Assembly: GCF_003072485.1 (NCBI RefSeq)
Contig: NZ_CP025989.1
Span: forward strand, 390,001 to 422,000
DNA: 32,000 bases
Origin: Candidatus Fokinia solitaria
GTDB taxonomy: Bacteria; Pseudomonadota; Alphaproteobacteria; Rickettsiales; Midichloriaceae
Direction of reading: 5' to 3'
Made by a program: the position numbers and the translations under genes
Shown: positions 7,401 to 17,192 of the stretch, in pieces
Numbering within the stretch: the stretch's first letter is position 1
Layout: every line of letters starts with the position of its first letter
Notes under the pieces: generated by a model
What the model was told of the DNA's origin: nothing
The model's database searches: none
What the model saw: the letters and a program-made list of their open reading frames with translations, nothing else

Positions 7401-8000
7401 CTACTCAGATGCCTTTGTCTCTGCTTCTACTGCTTCAGAGGGCGCGCTATTATTATCATTCTCTTCTTGAGGAAGTCTTCCGTAATCAGTTCTATTTCTG
7501 AAGATGTAAGATGCAGATATCCCTCTAGCTGCTGCTATCGCTCTTGGAGATCTACTTTGTAATAATGCTTTCTTAGCTGCCAACAATACAGTGAAAGGAT
7601 TAGTACTACCTATACATTTTGATACAACGTCTTTTACTCCTAATACTTCGAGAAAAGCGCGCAAAGAAGGCCCTGCTATTACGCCAGCACCGTGCTGTGC
7701 TGGTCTCATAAGCACTTTTGTTGCGCCACTTTTGGATTCTATTATATGATGTAATGTTCTGCCATCTCTAAGCTGTACTCTTACCATATTACTACGTGCT
7801 GAATGTGCAGCCTTTGCTTTAGCGTCGGACACCTCATTCGCTTTACCTAGACCAATGCCAACGCTACCTTTTCTATCTCCAACGACAACTAATGCGCGGA
7901 AGGAGAAGCGTCGTCCTCCCTTTACCACTTTCACCACTCTACTTACTGATACTACCTCTTCCTGTAAAGTATCGTGTCTTTGAGATTTAGCCTGCTTCAT
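7401..8000 (-). CDS. rpsE: 30S ribosomal protein S5, with a ~30-aa acidic C-terminal extension
   Basis: VVKVVKGGRRFSFRALVVVGDRKGSVGIGLGKANEV and GAGVIAG...LEVLGVKDVVSKCIGSTNP are canonical S5 motifs. Confidence 0.95.
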   Translation of the reverse strand: MKQAKSQRHDTLQEEVVSVSRVVKVVKGGRRFSFRALVVVGDRKGSVGIGLGKANEVSDAKAKAAHSARSNMVRVQLRDGRTLHHIIESKSGATKVLMRPAQHGAGVIAGPSLRAFLEVLGVKDVVSKCIGSTNPFTVLLAAKKALLQSRSPRAIAAARGISASYIFRNRTDYGRLPQEENDNNSAPSEAVEAETKASE

Positions 8001-8208
8001 TACGTCTGTTTACGATTTAATACATATGCATGAGGTGAAGCATAGAGGAAAATATAATCTTATTCAACAGGTAGATGTAAAGTCATTGTCGCTATTTTAC
8101 GGAGTAATAAGAAAAATTTCATCTAATGAAAGAAGTGATTGTATTGCATCGAATTGACAATTACCGCTTTCATCTATACTGATTTGTAGTAAAAAAGTTT
8201 ATTGATAT

Positions 8209-9717
8209 ATGTCGTCATCTTATAAGAATGCGATTAGCCCTACTAGAGCTGAGGACTATTCACAGTGGTATCAAGAAGTGGTGAAAATGGCTGATTTAGC
8301 GGAAAGTTCACCAATAAGAGGATGTATGATCATAAAGCCATGGGGGTACGCTATCTGGGAAAATATACAAAAAGAACTTGATAAGAAGATAAAAGAAACT
8401 GGACATCAAAATTTTTATTTTCCGATGTTTATACCCCTTAGCTACATGGCTAAAGAAGCTGAGCATATAGATGGATTTGCAAAAGAATGTGCTGTTGTTA
8501 CACATCACAGATTAGAGGTAGATTCTCAGAATAAGTTAGTACCAAGTGGAAAATTAGAAGAGCCTTTAGTAATAAGACCTACATCTGAGGTAGTAATAGG
8601 AGAAGCTTTTGCAAGATGGGTGAATTCATATAGAGATTTACCAATACTCGGTAACCAGTGGGCTAATATAGTCAGATGGGAAATGCGTCCTAGGATATTT
8701 CTCCGAACAAGTGAATTTTTATGGCAAGAAGGACATACTGTCCATGCTACTGCTGCAGAAGCGATAGAAGAGACGAATAAGATGCTTGACGTCTACAAGA
8801 CATTTGTTGAGGAGTTTTTAGCAATGTCGGTAATAGTTGGAGAAAAGACGCGAGGAGAAAGATTTCCTGGTGCTGAGAATACGTATTGTATAGAAGCGAT
8901 GATGCAAGATAAAAAGGCACTACAAGCCGGTACCTCTCATTTTCTCGGGCAGACTTTCTCGAAAGCATTTAAAATAAAATTTCTTTCATCCGCTGGAAAA
9001 GAAGAATTCGCCTGGACAACTTCATGGGGAGTATCTACGCGATTGATCGGAGGATTGATAATGTCACATAGTGATGATGATGGCTTGGTATTGCCGCCAA
9101 AAATTTCTCCACTCCATGTAGTAATTATTCCGATAATTCATGATGCGCAGCAAAGCAGCAACATTATGCAATATTGTGAATCAATTGCACTAGAATTAAA
9201 GGCGAGTAAATTTTGTAATGAGCCTATAAAAGTACTGATCGATACTTCTATGAAAAGTACTGGCAATAAGATTTGGAGTTGGATAAAGAAAGGCGTCCCT
9301 ATCAGAATTGAGATTGGAGAAAGAGAAATGATGAGTAAAAACGTGTGCGTTGCAAGACGAGATCATATCCCCTCTTCTAAAGCAGTATCAAGCAAAGCTG
9401 AGTTTATTCAAAAAGCGGAGAAGATTTTGTCAGAGATTCAAAGCGGCATGTTGCATAAAACTCAAAAATTCATCGACAGCAATATAGTTACAGTAAATTC
9501 GAGAAGCGATTTTTTAGATATACTGAATAATGAAAAGCATGATATCGGTTTTCTTAGAGCGTTTTGGAAAGAAGATGAAGAGATAGAGAAAATGCTAAAA
9601 GAAAAATATCATATAACTCCGCGTTGTATACCTTTGATAGATAAAGATAAAAGAGGAAGATGTATTTTTAATGGTACAGAAGACGGGATTTTAACAGTGT
9701 TCGGCAAGGCATATTAG
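8209..9717 (+). CDS. proS: Prolyl-tRNA synthetase, archaeal/eukaryote-like architecture (no INS editing domain, C-terminal extension ending in Tyr)
   Basis: N-terminus DYSQWYQEVVKMADLAE.SPIRGCMIIKPWGYAIWENIQ. Also IVRWEMRPRIFLRTSEFLWQEGHT, HSDDDGLVLPP, and terminal ...FGKAY. 502 aa. Confidence 0.95.
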   Translation: MSSSYKNAISPTRAEDYSQWYQEVVKMADLAESSPIRGCMIIKPWGYAIWENIQKELDKKIKETGHQNFYFPMFIPLSYMAKEAEHIDGFAKECAVVTHHRLEVDSQNKLVPSGKLEEPLVIRPTSEVVIGEAFARWVNSYRDLPILGNQWANIVRWEMRPRIFLRTSEFLWQEGHTVHATAAEAIEETNKMLDVYKTFVEEFLAMSVIVGEKTRGERFPGAENTYCIEAMMQDKKALQAGTSHFLGQTFSKAFKIKFLSSAGKEEFAWTTSWGVSTRLIGGLIMSHSDDDGLVLPPKISPLHVVIIPIIHDAQQSSNIMQYCESIALELKASKFCNEPIKVLIDTSMKSTGNKIWSWIKKGVPIRIEIGEREMMSKNVCVARRDHIPSSKAVSSKAEFIQKAEKILSEIQSGMLHKTQKFIDSNIVTVNSRSDFLDILNNEKHDIGFLRAFWKEDEEIEKMLKEKYHITPRCIPLIDKDKRGRCIFNGTEDGILTVFGKAY

Positions 9718-9812
9718 CTTTATCAAGAAAAAAGAGTTGATTATACTATTTACTTGAAAGCGTGGTAAATATATGCATATACGTGAAATGGCGTAGATTC
9801 ACTTTTTACAAA

Positions 9813-11099
9813 ATGTCGGTGGCAGGATTCTGTCGAGTTTTACTCATATTGAGCCTCTTTCTTTCAAAAGTGGCGTTCTCTGCAGAAATAGGAGAATCAG
9901 GGTTAGTCGGAATAATAAGAACAATAGAAGGTAGCTATATGACAACTCTTCCTAGAGAGAAGATCATCGAAGCCGCAGTCGCTGGTATTTTTAAATCTTT
10001 GGATCGAGATTCTAAATTTGTATCACATTCTGAATTAAAAGTATTTCGAGATAAATTACGTTCTGTCGTAGTAGGGCTTGGTATAGTATATTCTTTTAGC
10101 AAGGAGGATTTAGGCCGAGTAAGGTATGTGCTACACGATAGTCCTGCATACAAAGCTGGTATACAGAGAAACGATAAGATCTTGCAGATCGATAATTACG
10201 ATTTAAACACCCTTTCTATATCTGCGATAAAAGAAAAGATGAGTACAGGACATAAAGTAGTCCTTCGTATTTTGAGAGGGAATGATATCAAAGAATTTGT
10301 GCCACAAAGTACAAAAATCAAGAGAGAACAATTTCATATAAAAAGAATAAGCGGTAAATTTCAGATTCTATACATAAAGATCCATACATTTGCCGATTCT
10401 TTGTCCACGCAATTGAAAGGGGCAATAGAAAAAGCATTTCGAGAAAGCGAAATAAAAGGTGTGATTTTAGACCTAAGATATAATAACGGTGGACTACTCA
10501 GCGAAGGAATAAATGTTGCAAATTTATTTTTAAAAGAAAATTTACCAATTATAAAAATATCAGAAGGAGATGGTATGGAAAACACAATATATTCGGATAA
10601 TCTGATAGATGTTGCAGATGGATGTCCTATGATAGTATTGATGAACAGACTTTCGGCGTCGTCATCAGAAGTAGTGATCGCGGGGTTAAAGTATAATGAT
10701 AGAGCTGTACTTCTTGGCGCAAGAACCTTCGGTAAGGGATCGATACAAGAGCTTTTTCCAATTCAAGATTTTGGTATTACTCTCACAATTTCTACATTTT
10801 CATCGCCATCCGGTAATCCTATAAATGGTGTAGGTATTGCTGCTGATATTGAAATTCCATTTGAAGTTGATACTTCAGATGTCTTATATAATAGAATGAA
10901 GAACGATCAATTAAATCGATCTGCTTTATTTCTGCTAGACTTAGATAATGATAAAACGGATGATATAGGCGAGCAAAGCAGTAGTGTGGAATTGGATTGC
11001 GCGCTGGATGCGATGTTAGGCGATACCAGTATTGACCCTACTATCATAAAATCTATATCGGTAATGCAAGAAATGATCGATAAAAAAATTAAAGATTAA
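9813..11099 (+). CDS. ctpA: Carboxy-terminal processing protease (peptidase S41) with PDZ domain and signal peptide
   Basis: MSVAGFCRVLLILSLFLSKVAFSA signal-like start. PDZ-like GLGIVY...DSPAYKAGIQRNDKILQID. S41 motifs DLRYNNGGLL, SASSSEVVAGLK-like, and TFGKGSIQ. The track start at 9762 is an upstream non-ATG codon. Confidence 0.9.
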   Translation: MSVAGFCRVLLILSLFLSKVAFSAEIGESGLVGIIRTIEGSYMTTLPREKIIEAAVAGIFKSLDRDSKFVSHSELKVFRDKLRSVVVGLGIVYSFSKEDLGRVRYVLHDSPAYKAGIQRNDKILQIDNYDLNTLSISAIKEKMSTGHKVVLRILRGNDIKEFVPQSTKIKREQFHIKRISGKFQILYIKIHTFADSLSTQLKGAIEKAFRESEIKGVILDLRYNNGGLLSEGINVANLFLKENLPIIKISEGDGMENTIYSDNLIDVADGCPMIVLMNRLSASSSEVVIAGLKYNDRAVLLGARTFGKGSIQELFPIQDFGITLTISTFSSPSGNPINGVGIAADIEIPFEVDTSDVLYNRMKNDQLNRSALFLLDLDNDKTDDIGEQSSSVELDCALDAMLGDTSIDPTIIKSISVMQEMIDKKIKD

Positions 11100-11103
11100 A
11101 AAA

Positions 11104-11811
11104 ATGGCAGGCCACTCCAAATTTAAGAACATAATGCATAGAAAAAATGCACAAGATCGAAAAAAAGCTCGTGTATTTACTAAAATTGTAAAACTTATAA
11201 AAGGTGCGCTTACTTTTGGCACAGATCCATCATCGAATCCTAGATTGAAAACTGCCCTTGCGTTAGGAAAGGAAGAAAATATACCTAAGGATGTAATATT
11301 AAATGCTATGGAAAGTAAAGAAGAAGCAACGAATAATGAAGAAGAAGTCAGATATGAAGGGTATGGTCCGTACGGTATACCAGTAATTGTCGAAACTGTT
11401 ACTGATAATAGAAATAGAACAGCGGGAGAAGTGAGAGCAGTTTTTACTAAATTTGGTGGCAATTTAGGAGAACTTGGCAGTGTTTCTCATATGTTTCATA
11501 AAGTTGGAGTATTGCTATATGATAAATCGGTGTCATTTGATTCTTTTATCGAAAGCGCACTTGTTTCTCATGTTATAGATTGCACTGAATTAGAATCATT
11601 TTATGAGGTCACTACAAAATGGGATGCATTACACGATGTGATAGAAGCGCTGATTTCAGCTTTTGGTACGCCTAAAGAATGGGAAATAGAGTGGCGACCA
11701 ATTTTTACCGTGACATTAGAGGATGAAAATATAGATATAATAAAGAAAATGCTAGCTACTCTCTATGATTTAGACGATGTAGAAAAGGTATTTCACAATG
11801 TAAATATGTGA
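11104..11811 (+). CDS. yebC: YebC/PmpR (TACO1) family transcriptional/translational regulator
   Basis: MAGHSKFKNIMHRKNAQDRKKARVFTK..., RYEGYGPYGIPVIVETVTDNRNRTAGEVR. Starts 4 nt after the ctp stop. Confidence 0.92.
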   Translation: MAGHSKFKNIMHRKNAQDRKKARVFTKIVKLIKGALTFGTDPSSNPRLKTALALGKEENIPKDVILNAMESKEEATNNEEEVRYEGYGPYGIPVIVETVTDNRNRTAGEVRAVFTKFGGNLGELGSVSHMFHKVGVLLYDKSVSFDSFIESALVSHVIDCTELESFYEVTTKWDALHDVIEALISAFGTPKEWEIEWRPIFTVTLEDENIDIIKKMLATLYDLDDVEKVFHNVNM

Positions 11812-11889
11812 GATATGTAAGTATTATGAGATTGTTTCGGCTATAGTACTTGAAATTTCCAGCTATTCGTGTAGGTTATCTCTTGCATA

Positions 11890-11966
<77 letters not shown>

Positions 11967-11996
11967 TACTCTTTATTATTTGTATGGACGGTGTTT

Positions 11997-12629
11997 ATGC
12001 AAAAATGTCTTCTTTTTTCATTTCACGGATACGGCGCGAATGGCGCTAACATGAGAAGTGTTGTTACTTCGTTTATGTATGGCCTATCTGATGTAGATAC
12101 GATTTGTCCGGATGGTATTGCGCCATTTGAAGAAGCGCCTTGGAAGCGTGATGCGCGTATGTGGTTTTCATTACGAAATAGCACTCAGAGTATGATGCAA
12201 GAATTAGCATGCAATGCTGCTTCTGATGTGTTAGCATATGTGCTAGAAAAAGCAAAAGAACATAATGTGCGAGAACGCAATATCATTCTTACCGGATTTT
12301 CACAAGGTGCAATGCTAGCATGGGAGTTAGCTAAGATCTTACCGGAAGTACCGCGTGCTGTTATAGGAATGTCCGGTCTGATTGTAACTCCAGCTAGAAC
12401 AATAGATTCAGTTAGAGCGGATAATATAAATAAAAAAACGTCAATTCTTTTTTGTCATGGAAGTTTGGATTCGGTAATACCACTACAACAGATGAAGCAA
12501 TCCTTGAGCGCGCTAGATGAAAAAAATATAAAATATGAATTATTTATAGATAACGGCGCAGAGCATACTGTAACAGATAGTATGATAGAAAAAATTCATG
12601 CTTTCTTAAAAAGAATTATCGTAACATAG
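11997..12629 (+). CDS. Phospholipase/carboxylesterase family alpha/beta hydrolase
   Basis: FHGYGANG (oxyanion region), GFSQGAM (GxSxG nucleophile elbow), CHGSLDSVIP (Asp), GAEHTV (His). The track start at 11931 overlaps the tRNA, so the first in-frame ATG after it (11997) is used. Confidence 0.82.
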   Translation: MQKCLLFSFHGYGANGANMRSVVTSFMYGLSDVDTICPDGIAPFEEAPWKRDARMWFSLRNSTQSMMQELACNAASDVLAYVLEKAKEHNVRERNIILTGFSQGAMLAWELAKILPEVPRAVIGMSGLIVTPARTIDSVRADNINKKTSILFCHGSLDSVIPLQQMKQSLSALDEKNIKYELFIDNGAEHTVTDSMIEKIHAFLKRIIVT

Positions 12630-12631
12630 GG

Positions 12632-13480
12632 ATGCTTTTACTTGATAAAGAAAGAGTGGTGTTATCGGTATATGGAGTAGATGCGGCTGCTTTTCTTCAA
12701 AATATACTTACAAACGATGTATATAAAGCTTCTTGTGATAATGCTGTATACGCTTTCCAGCTGAGTAATACTGGAAAGATATTATATGATAGTTTTGTAT
12801 ATAAAGAAGGAGAAGAGAGTATAAAGATGGATGTATCAAAAGAACAGGTACAAGAGATAAAAGATGTAATAAAAAAATATGTTTTAAGGAGTAAGGTAGA
12901 AATAAAGGAAGAAGAAAGCGTTGTAATAATAGGAAAAGAGAAAGTAAAACTGAATGATAAGTACGAGTGTATAGGACAAGATAATAAAGTAAGAAGATGT
13001 GTTGTGACGCAGTATTCAGAAGATCCAAGAGGAAAAGGATTAGGATTTAGAGGTATAGGATTGTTAATCGAAGATAAAGAAATTGAAAAGAAAGAAGAAA
13101 AATTTGAATTATACTATAAGAATTACTGTAGAATACTGTTTAAAAGTTGTATTCCATCGTTTGGAAATGGATTTCATTCGAATGAGTTTTGTCCTCATGA
13201 GATAGGTTTTGCAGATATAGGAGTGTCATATGGTAAAGGATGCTTCATAGGACAAGAAGTCACTACAAGAGTAAAATTCTTAGGTAAATCTAATAAGAAG
13301 ATCTTATTACTCGATAATTATCCTCTTGAATTTTTCAATAATTTTGAAAGATTACACATATACTATAAAGAACAGCTGGTAGGTGTTGTACTCGAGAAGT
13401 GTGACGATACTCTGATGTGCTTGTTCTATCGTGACGATCATTATGTTACGAACGAACTTAAGATATGTAAGTTGTTGTAA
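12632..13480 (+). CDS. ygfZ: YgfZ/CAF17-type folate-binding protein (GcvT-like, Fe-S cluster maintenance)
   Basis: N-terminal VLSVYGVDAAAFLQNILTNDV and the signature KGCFIGQEVTTRVKFLGK. Starts 2 nt after the preceding stop. Confidence 0.8.
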   Translation: MLLLDKERVVLSVYGVDAAAFLQNILTNDVYKASCDNAVYAFQLSNTGKILYDSFVYKEGEESIKMDVSKEQVQEIKDVIKKYVLRSKVEIKEEESVVIIGKEKVKLNDKYECIGQDNKVRRCVVTQYSEDPRGKGLGFRGIGLLIEDKEIEKKEEKFELYYKNYCRILFKSCIPSFGNGFHSNEFCPHEIGFADIGVSYGKGCFIGQEVTTRVKFLGKSNKKILLLDNYPLEFFNNFERLHIYYKEQLVGVVLEKCDDTLMCLFYRDDHYVTNELKICKLL

Positions 13481-13542
13481 AATACCAGCATATGTGAGAT
13501 GCTAACCTTACGTGATGTTTATGCATTAATATATTTTTTGGC

Positions 13543-16098
13543 ATGTTTCTGAAATTCCTCAAGCGCTTTTTTTCAAAAAATAGCGATAAGAAGTATATAC
13601 AGAATGCTTATGAAGTGGTTGGACAAATTAATGCTTTAGAGGAAAAATTTCAAAAAATGACCGATGCAGAAATGTTTGCATATGTTCCTACAATAAAGCA
13701 GAAAATTAGCAATGGTTGCGTCTTAAATGAAGTGTTACCGGAAACGTTCGCTCTCGTAAGAGAGGCAGGTGTACGTAGTATAGGAAAAAGACACTTTGAT
13801 GTTCAACTTATAGGAGGAATGGTATTGCACGACGGAGATATAGCAGAAATGCCTACAGGTGAGGGAAAAACACTCGTTGCTACTCTTGCAGCTGTGTTAA
13901 ATGCTTTACTAGAAAAAGGCGTTCATATTATTACTACAAATCCCTACTTAGCAGGAAGAGATTCAGAATCAATGGGGAAAATTTATAATTTCCTTGGATT
14001 ATCGGTATCGTGCGTATTGAGTACTATGAGTAATACCGAGAAACGTGCTGCGTATAGAAGCGATATTATTTACGGTACTAATAGCGAATTTGGTTTTGAT
14101 TACTTACGAGATCATCTGCATTATAAATTGATAGATATGGTGCAAGAACAGCATTATTACGCAATTATAGATGAAGCAGATAGTATATTGATAGATGAAG
14201 GACGTACTCCGTTAATCATTTCTGGCGCTAGTGCAACTGATACCGCAATTTATCAGAGAATAAATGATATCACCTCCCTCCTCACTGCTACAAATTATGA
14301 AGTAGATCATAAAAATAAATCTGTTCAGCTAACAGATGATGGCGCAGAAAATGTAGAAAGTATCATAATAAAACATAAGCTTATAGCTCAAGATAGTAAG
14401 CTTTACGATGCAGAGAATTTGCATATACTTCATCATATTGAACAAGCGCTAAAAGCTCAAAAACTCTTTAAAAGAGATGTAGATTACATTGTGAAGAATG
14501 GCACAGCGATGATTATTGATGAATTTACCGGTCGTGTTTTGCAAGGACGACGCTATTCAGATGGCCTGCATCAAGCAATAGAAGCTAAGGAAGGACTAGC
14601 AATACAGCCGGAAAATGAAATTATCGCATCAATTACACTGCAAAATTATTTTAGGATGTACGATAAAATCGCAGGAATGACAGGTACTGCGAAAACAGAA
14701 GAGCGCGAATTACAGGAAATATATTCTCTTAATGTACGTAAAATTCCACCAAATAAACCACTGATCAGAGTGGATGAAGAAGATGTGATCTTCAGAACAG
14801 AGAAGGAGAAGAATAAAGCGATTGTGAGTGAAATTATGAAAGCGCATTCGAAAGGACAGCCTGTGCTAATAGGTACGGTAAGCGTAGAAAAATCAGAACT
14901 GATCTCCAATTTACTTGAAAAAGAACATATTCCGCACAAAGTGCTAAATGCAAAACATGATGCGCAGGAAGCAGAGATTATTAGTGATGCAGGAAGAATA
15001 AAAGCAGTTACTGTTGCCACCAATATGGCCGGTAGAGGTACTGACATAGAGCTTGGCGGTAAAATGCCGTTAGAAGTTGAGGAATTTGATAAACATAATG
15101 AAGATGCGAATAAAGTGAAAGAACTAGGAGGATTACTAGTAATAGGTACTGAAAGACATGAGTCTAGAAGGATAGATCAACAGCTTAGAGGTAGAGCAGG
15201 ACGGCAAGGCGATCCAGGGCGTAGTATATTCTTCTTATCATTAGAAGATGATTTAATGAAGCTTTTCGGATCTGCTAAATTATCGGTATTTTTGCAAAAA
15301 TTAGGCATTCGGGAAAATGAAGCTATTACACATCCTTGGATCACGAAAGCTATACAAAGAGCGCAGCAAAAGGTAGAAATGCGCAATTTCGAATTAAGAA
15401 AGAACTTGATTCAATACGATGACGTTATTAATAAGCAAAGAAAAATAATATATGCAAAGCGATTAGAGTATCTCACTAGAGGAGATTTTCTAAATGATGA
15501 TATCAATGCTACTATTGCTGCGTTTTTCCAAAAACTTGTAGAGCACTCGTATGATGAGAGTTGTGATGAATTTGATGTTGATAAAATTCAAACTCTTGTA
15601 AGTGAGTTGATAGGCAAGGAATATAAAATGTCGATACAAGATAACCGACATTCTAAAAGCCATTCTAAAAAAATTGCTGAAGGATTAGTGGATTTTACTA
15701 GTGATATCATAGTGAAATTGCGCGAAGAGAATGACGAATTTCTCACTACGATACAAAATACCCTACTTAGTATCCTTGATGCATTTTGGAGAGAGCATTT
15801 GAAGTTTTTAGAGTACTTGAGAATCGGTATCAATCTGCGATCATATGGCCAAAAGAATCCACTGCATGAATATAATATCGAGGCGTTCAATGCATTTCAG
15901 AAAATGAAAAATGACATAAACGACGCTATGGCAGAGAGAATATTTATGATTATTAGATATTATGAGAATAAAGATGCTGCGATGGAGGAGAAGCTAAAAA
16001 CGAGTAATGTCGTAAATAGTGATAGCGGCATAAGACGTAATGCAGAATGCCCGTGTGGTAGCGGAAAACGATATAAACATTGCCACGGTAAGTATTAA
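13543..16098 (+). CDS. secA: Preprotein translocase ATPase SecA
   Basis: MPTGEGKTLVA (Walker A), IIDEADSILIDEGRTPLIISG (DEAD), TNMAGRGTDIELGG, C-terminal zinc motif CPCGSGKRYKHCHG. 851 aa. Confidence 0.97.
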   Translation: MFLKFLKRFFSKNSDKKYIQNAYEVVGQINALEEKFQKMTDAEMFAYVPTIKQKISNGCVLNEVLPETFALVREAGVRSIGKRHFDVQLIGGMVLHDGDIAEMPTGEGKTLVATLAAVLNALLEKGVHIITTNPYLAGRDSESMGKIYNFLGLSVSCVLSTMSNTEKRAAYRSDIIYGTNSEFGFDYLRDHLHYKLIDMVQEQHYYAIIDEADSILIDEGRTPLIISGASATDTAIYQRINDITSLLTATNYEVDHKNKSVQLTDDGAENVESIIIKHKLIAQDSKLYDAENLHILHHIEQALKAQKLFKRDVDYIVKNGTAMIIDEFTGRVLQGRRYSDGLHQAIEAKEGLAIQPENEIIASITLQNYFRMYDKIAGMTGTAKTEERELQEIYSLNVRKIPPNKPLIRVDEEDVIFRTEKEKNKAIVSEIMKAHSKGQPVLIGTVSVEKSELISNLLEKEHIPHKVLNAKHDAQEAEIISDAGRIKAVTVATNMAGRGTDIELGGKMPLEVEEFDKHNEDANKVKELGGLLVIGTERHESRRIDQQLRGRAGRQGDPGRSIFFLSLEDDLMKLFGSAKLSVFLQKLGIRENEAITHPWITKAIQRAQQKVEMRNFELRKNLIQYDDVINKQRKIIYAKRLEYLTRGDFLNDDINATIAAFFQKLVEHSYDESCDEFDVDKIQTLVSELIGKEYKMSIQDNRHSKSHSKKIAEGLVDFTSDIIVKLREENDEFLTTIQNTLLSILDAFWREHLKFLEYLRIGINLRSYGQKNPLHEYNIEAFNAFQKMKNDINDAMAERIFMIIRYYENKDAAMEEKLKTSNVVNSDSGIRRNAECPCGSGKRYKHCHGKY

Positions 16099-16436
16099 AA
16101 AGAGAGATTGTATTACGCAAAATCATTAAACTTCTTAGCGTTTTATCGCGCAATTATTTGATTATAGAGGAGCTGAAGGAACGGGCTAGGTTGGAGTTGC
16201 TTCCCTGAGCGATATTGAAAAGAGAGATAGTACCTTCGTGTGTGCAGAGAGCGATATCTAATTTAGTAAGTTCTTGTTGTTGCTATAATGATACTTCAGA
16301 TGAAAGAAAAAGAAAAAATAGGTACCGCCCTAGTTTTTTTACACACCTGATGGTACTATGAATATTCAAGATAGAAGTCTCAGTATATTTGACCCTGGAG
16401 ACTTTTATCTTATTTTTAACCTTCATCATTTCTATT

Positions 16437-16952
16437 ATGAAAGAAAAGATAAAGCAAATGCAACTTGCATTCCCCGATTACATAACTGAAAAGGGGATAA
16501 CAAAAGGCATATACAAAGTATATAGAAGAGAAAGTAGAATAGCAAGCTCATTTCCGTGTAAAGACTCAAAATTACCACTTCGCACTAGAGCTATTGTTGA
16601 TAGTGAAGTGAAAACTCTTGAGTGCGTTACTTCTCAAGAAGAGAATAACAACTCTCAGCGAGAAATTGGCGCCTTGCCTAACGATATCAATTTAAAAAAG
16701 GAATTTGTTGATTACAAGATGGAACTAGAAAAGGAATTTGTTGATCACAAGATGGAGCTAGAAAAGAAGTTTGATGATTATAAGATGAAACTAGAAAAGG
16801 AATTTATTGATTATAAGATGAAACTAGAAAAAAAATTTACTGCTAGGGTAGAGGTAAAAAGACCTAGTATTTACGATCTCGACGTTTCTATATTTACTGA
16901 TCTGCCGTTTAACTATAAGGAACGTCAGATGTATTCTCAAGGCAAGAGATGA
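16437..16952 (+). CDS. Hypothetical tandem-repeat protein (four 11-aa KEFVDYKMELE-type repeats)
   Basis: ORF with in-frame 33-bp repeats. The first ATG is at 16437. The track start is TTG at 16389, which would add a hydrophobic N-terminus (TLETFILFLTFIISI). Start unresolved. Confidence 0.65.
   Translation: MKEKIKQMQLAFPDYITEKGITKGIYKVYRRESRIASSFPCKDSKLPLRTRAIVDSEVKTLECVTSQEENNNSQREIGALPNDINLKKEFVDYKMELEKEFVDHKMELEKKFDDYKMKLEKEFIDYKMKLEKKFTARVEVKRPSIYDLDVSIFTDLPFNYKERQMYSQGKR
16698..16838 (+). repeat. 33-bp tandem repeat, 4.3 copies
   Basis: Units at 16698-16730, 16731-16763, 16764-16796 and 16797-16829, plus a partial unit to 16838: aaggaatttgttgattacaagatggaactagaa and variants. Confidence 0.92.
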
Positions 16953-17192
16953 TGAAGAAAGGAAGTGTAGCGAAAACGTAGTATATGAATTAAGTGGTAC
17001 GTTTAAGGTATTTTCTACTAATACCATTTGTGACAGTGCGCTGAAAGATAGTGACTATACTGATCAGTGTTCTCATCAAATAAACGTACTACTTACGTTC
17101 AGAGCAATGTACTACGCTTGTGAATGCAAAGAACTACTTTGACGCGTGTATAGCAGTAGTGGAGAAGACTTACACATATCTTATCACCGCTG

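Noticed and set aside
6609-7562. ORFs 6609..6809 (+) and 7311..7562 (+)
   Set aside because: Antisense to the 158-aa membrane-protein gene and to rpsE respectively. rpsE identity is unambiguous.
16099-16388. Possible small RNA (SRP/4.5S-like GAAGGAAC...GUUGCUUC hairpin at ~16170..16205; A-tract/TAGG-loop-CCTA/T-tract at ~16313..16341) downstream of secA
   Set aside because: The hairpin has a G-G mismatch and a 13-nt loop and lacks the conserved SRP domain IV motifs. The terminator-like element has only a 4-bp GC-poor stem. This needs an Infernal/Rfam scan before any call.
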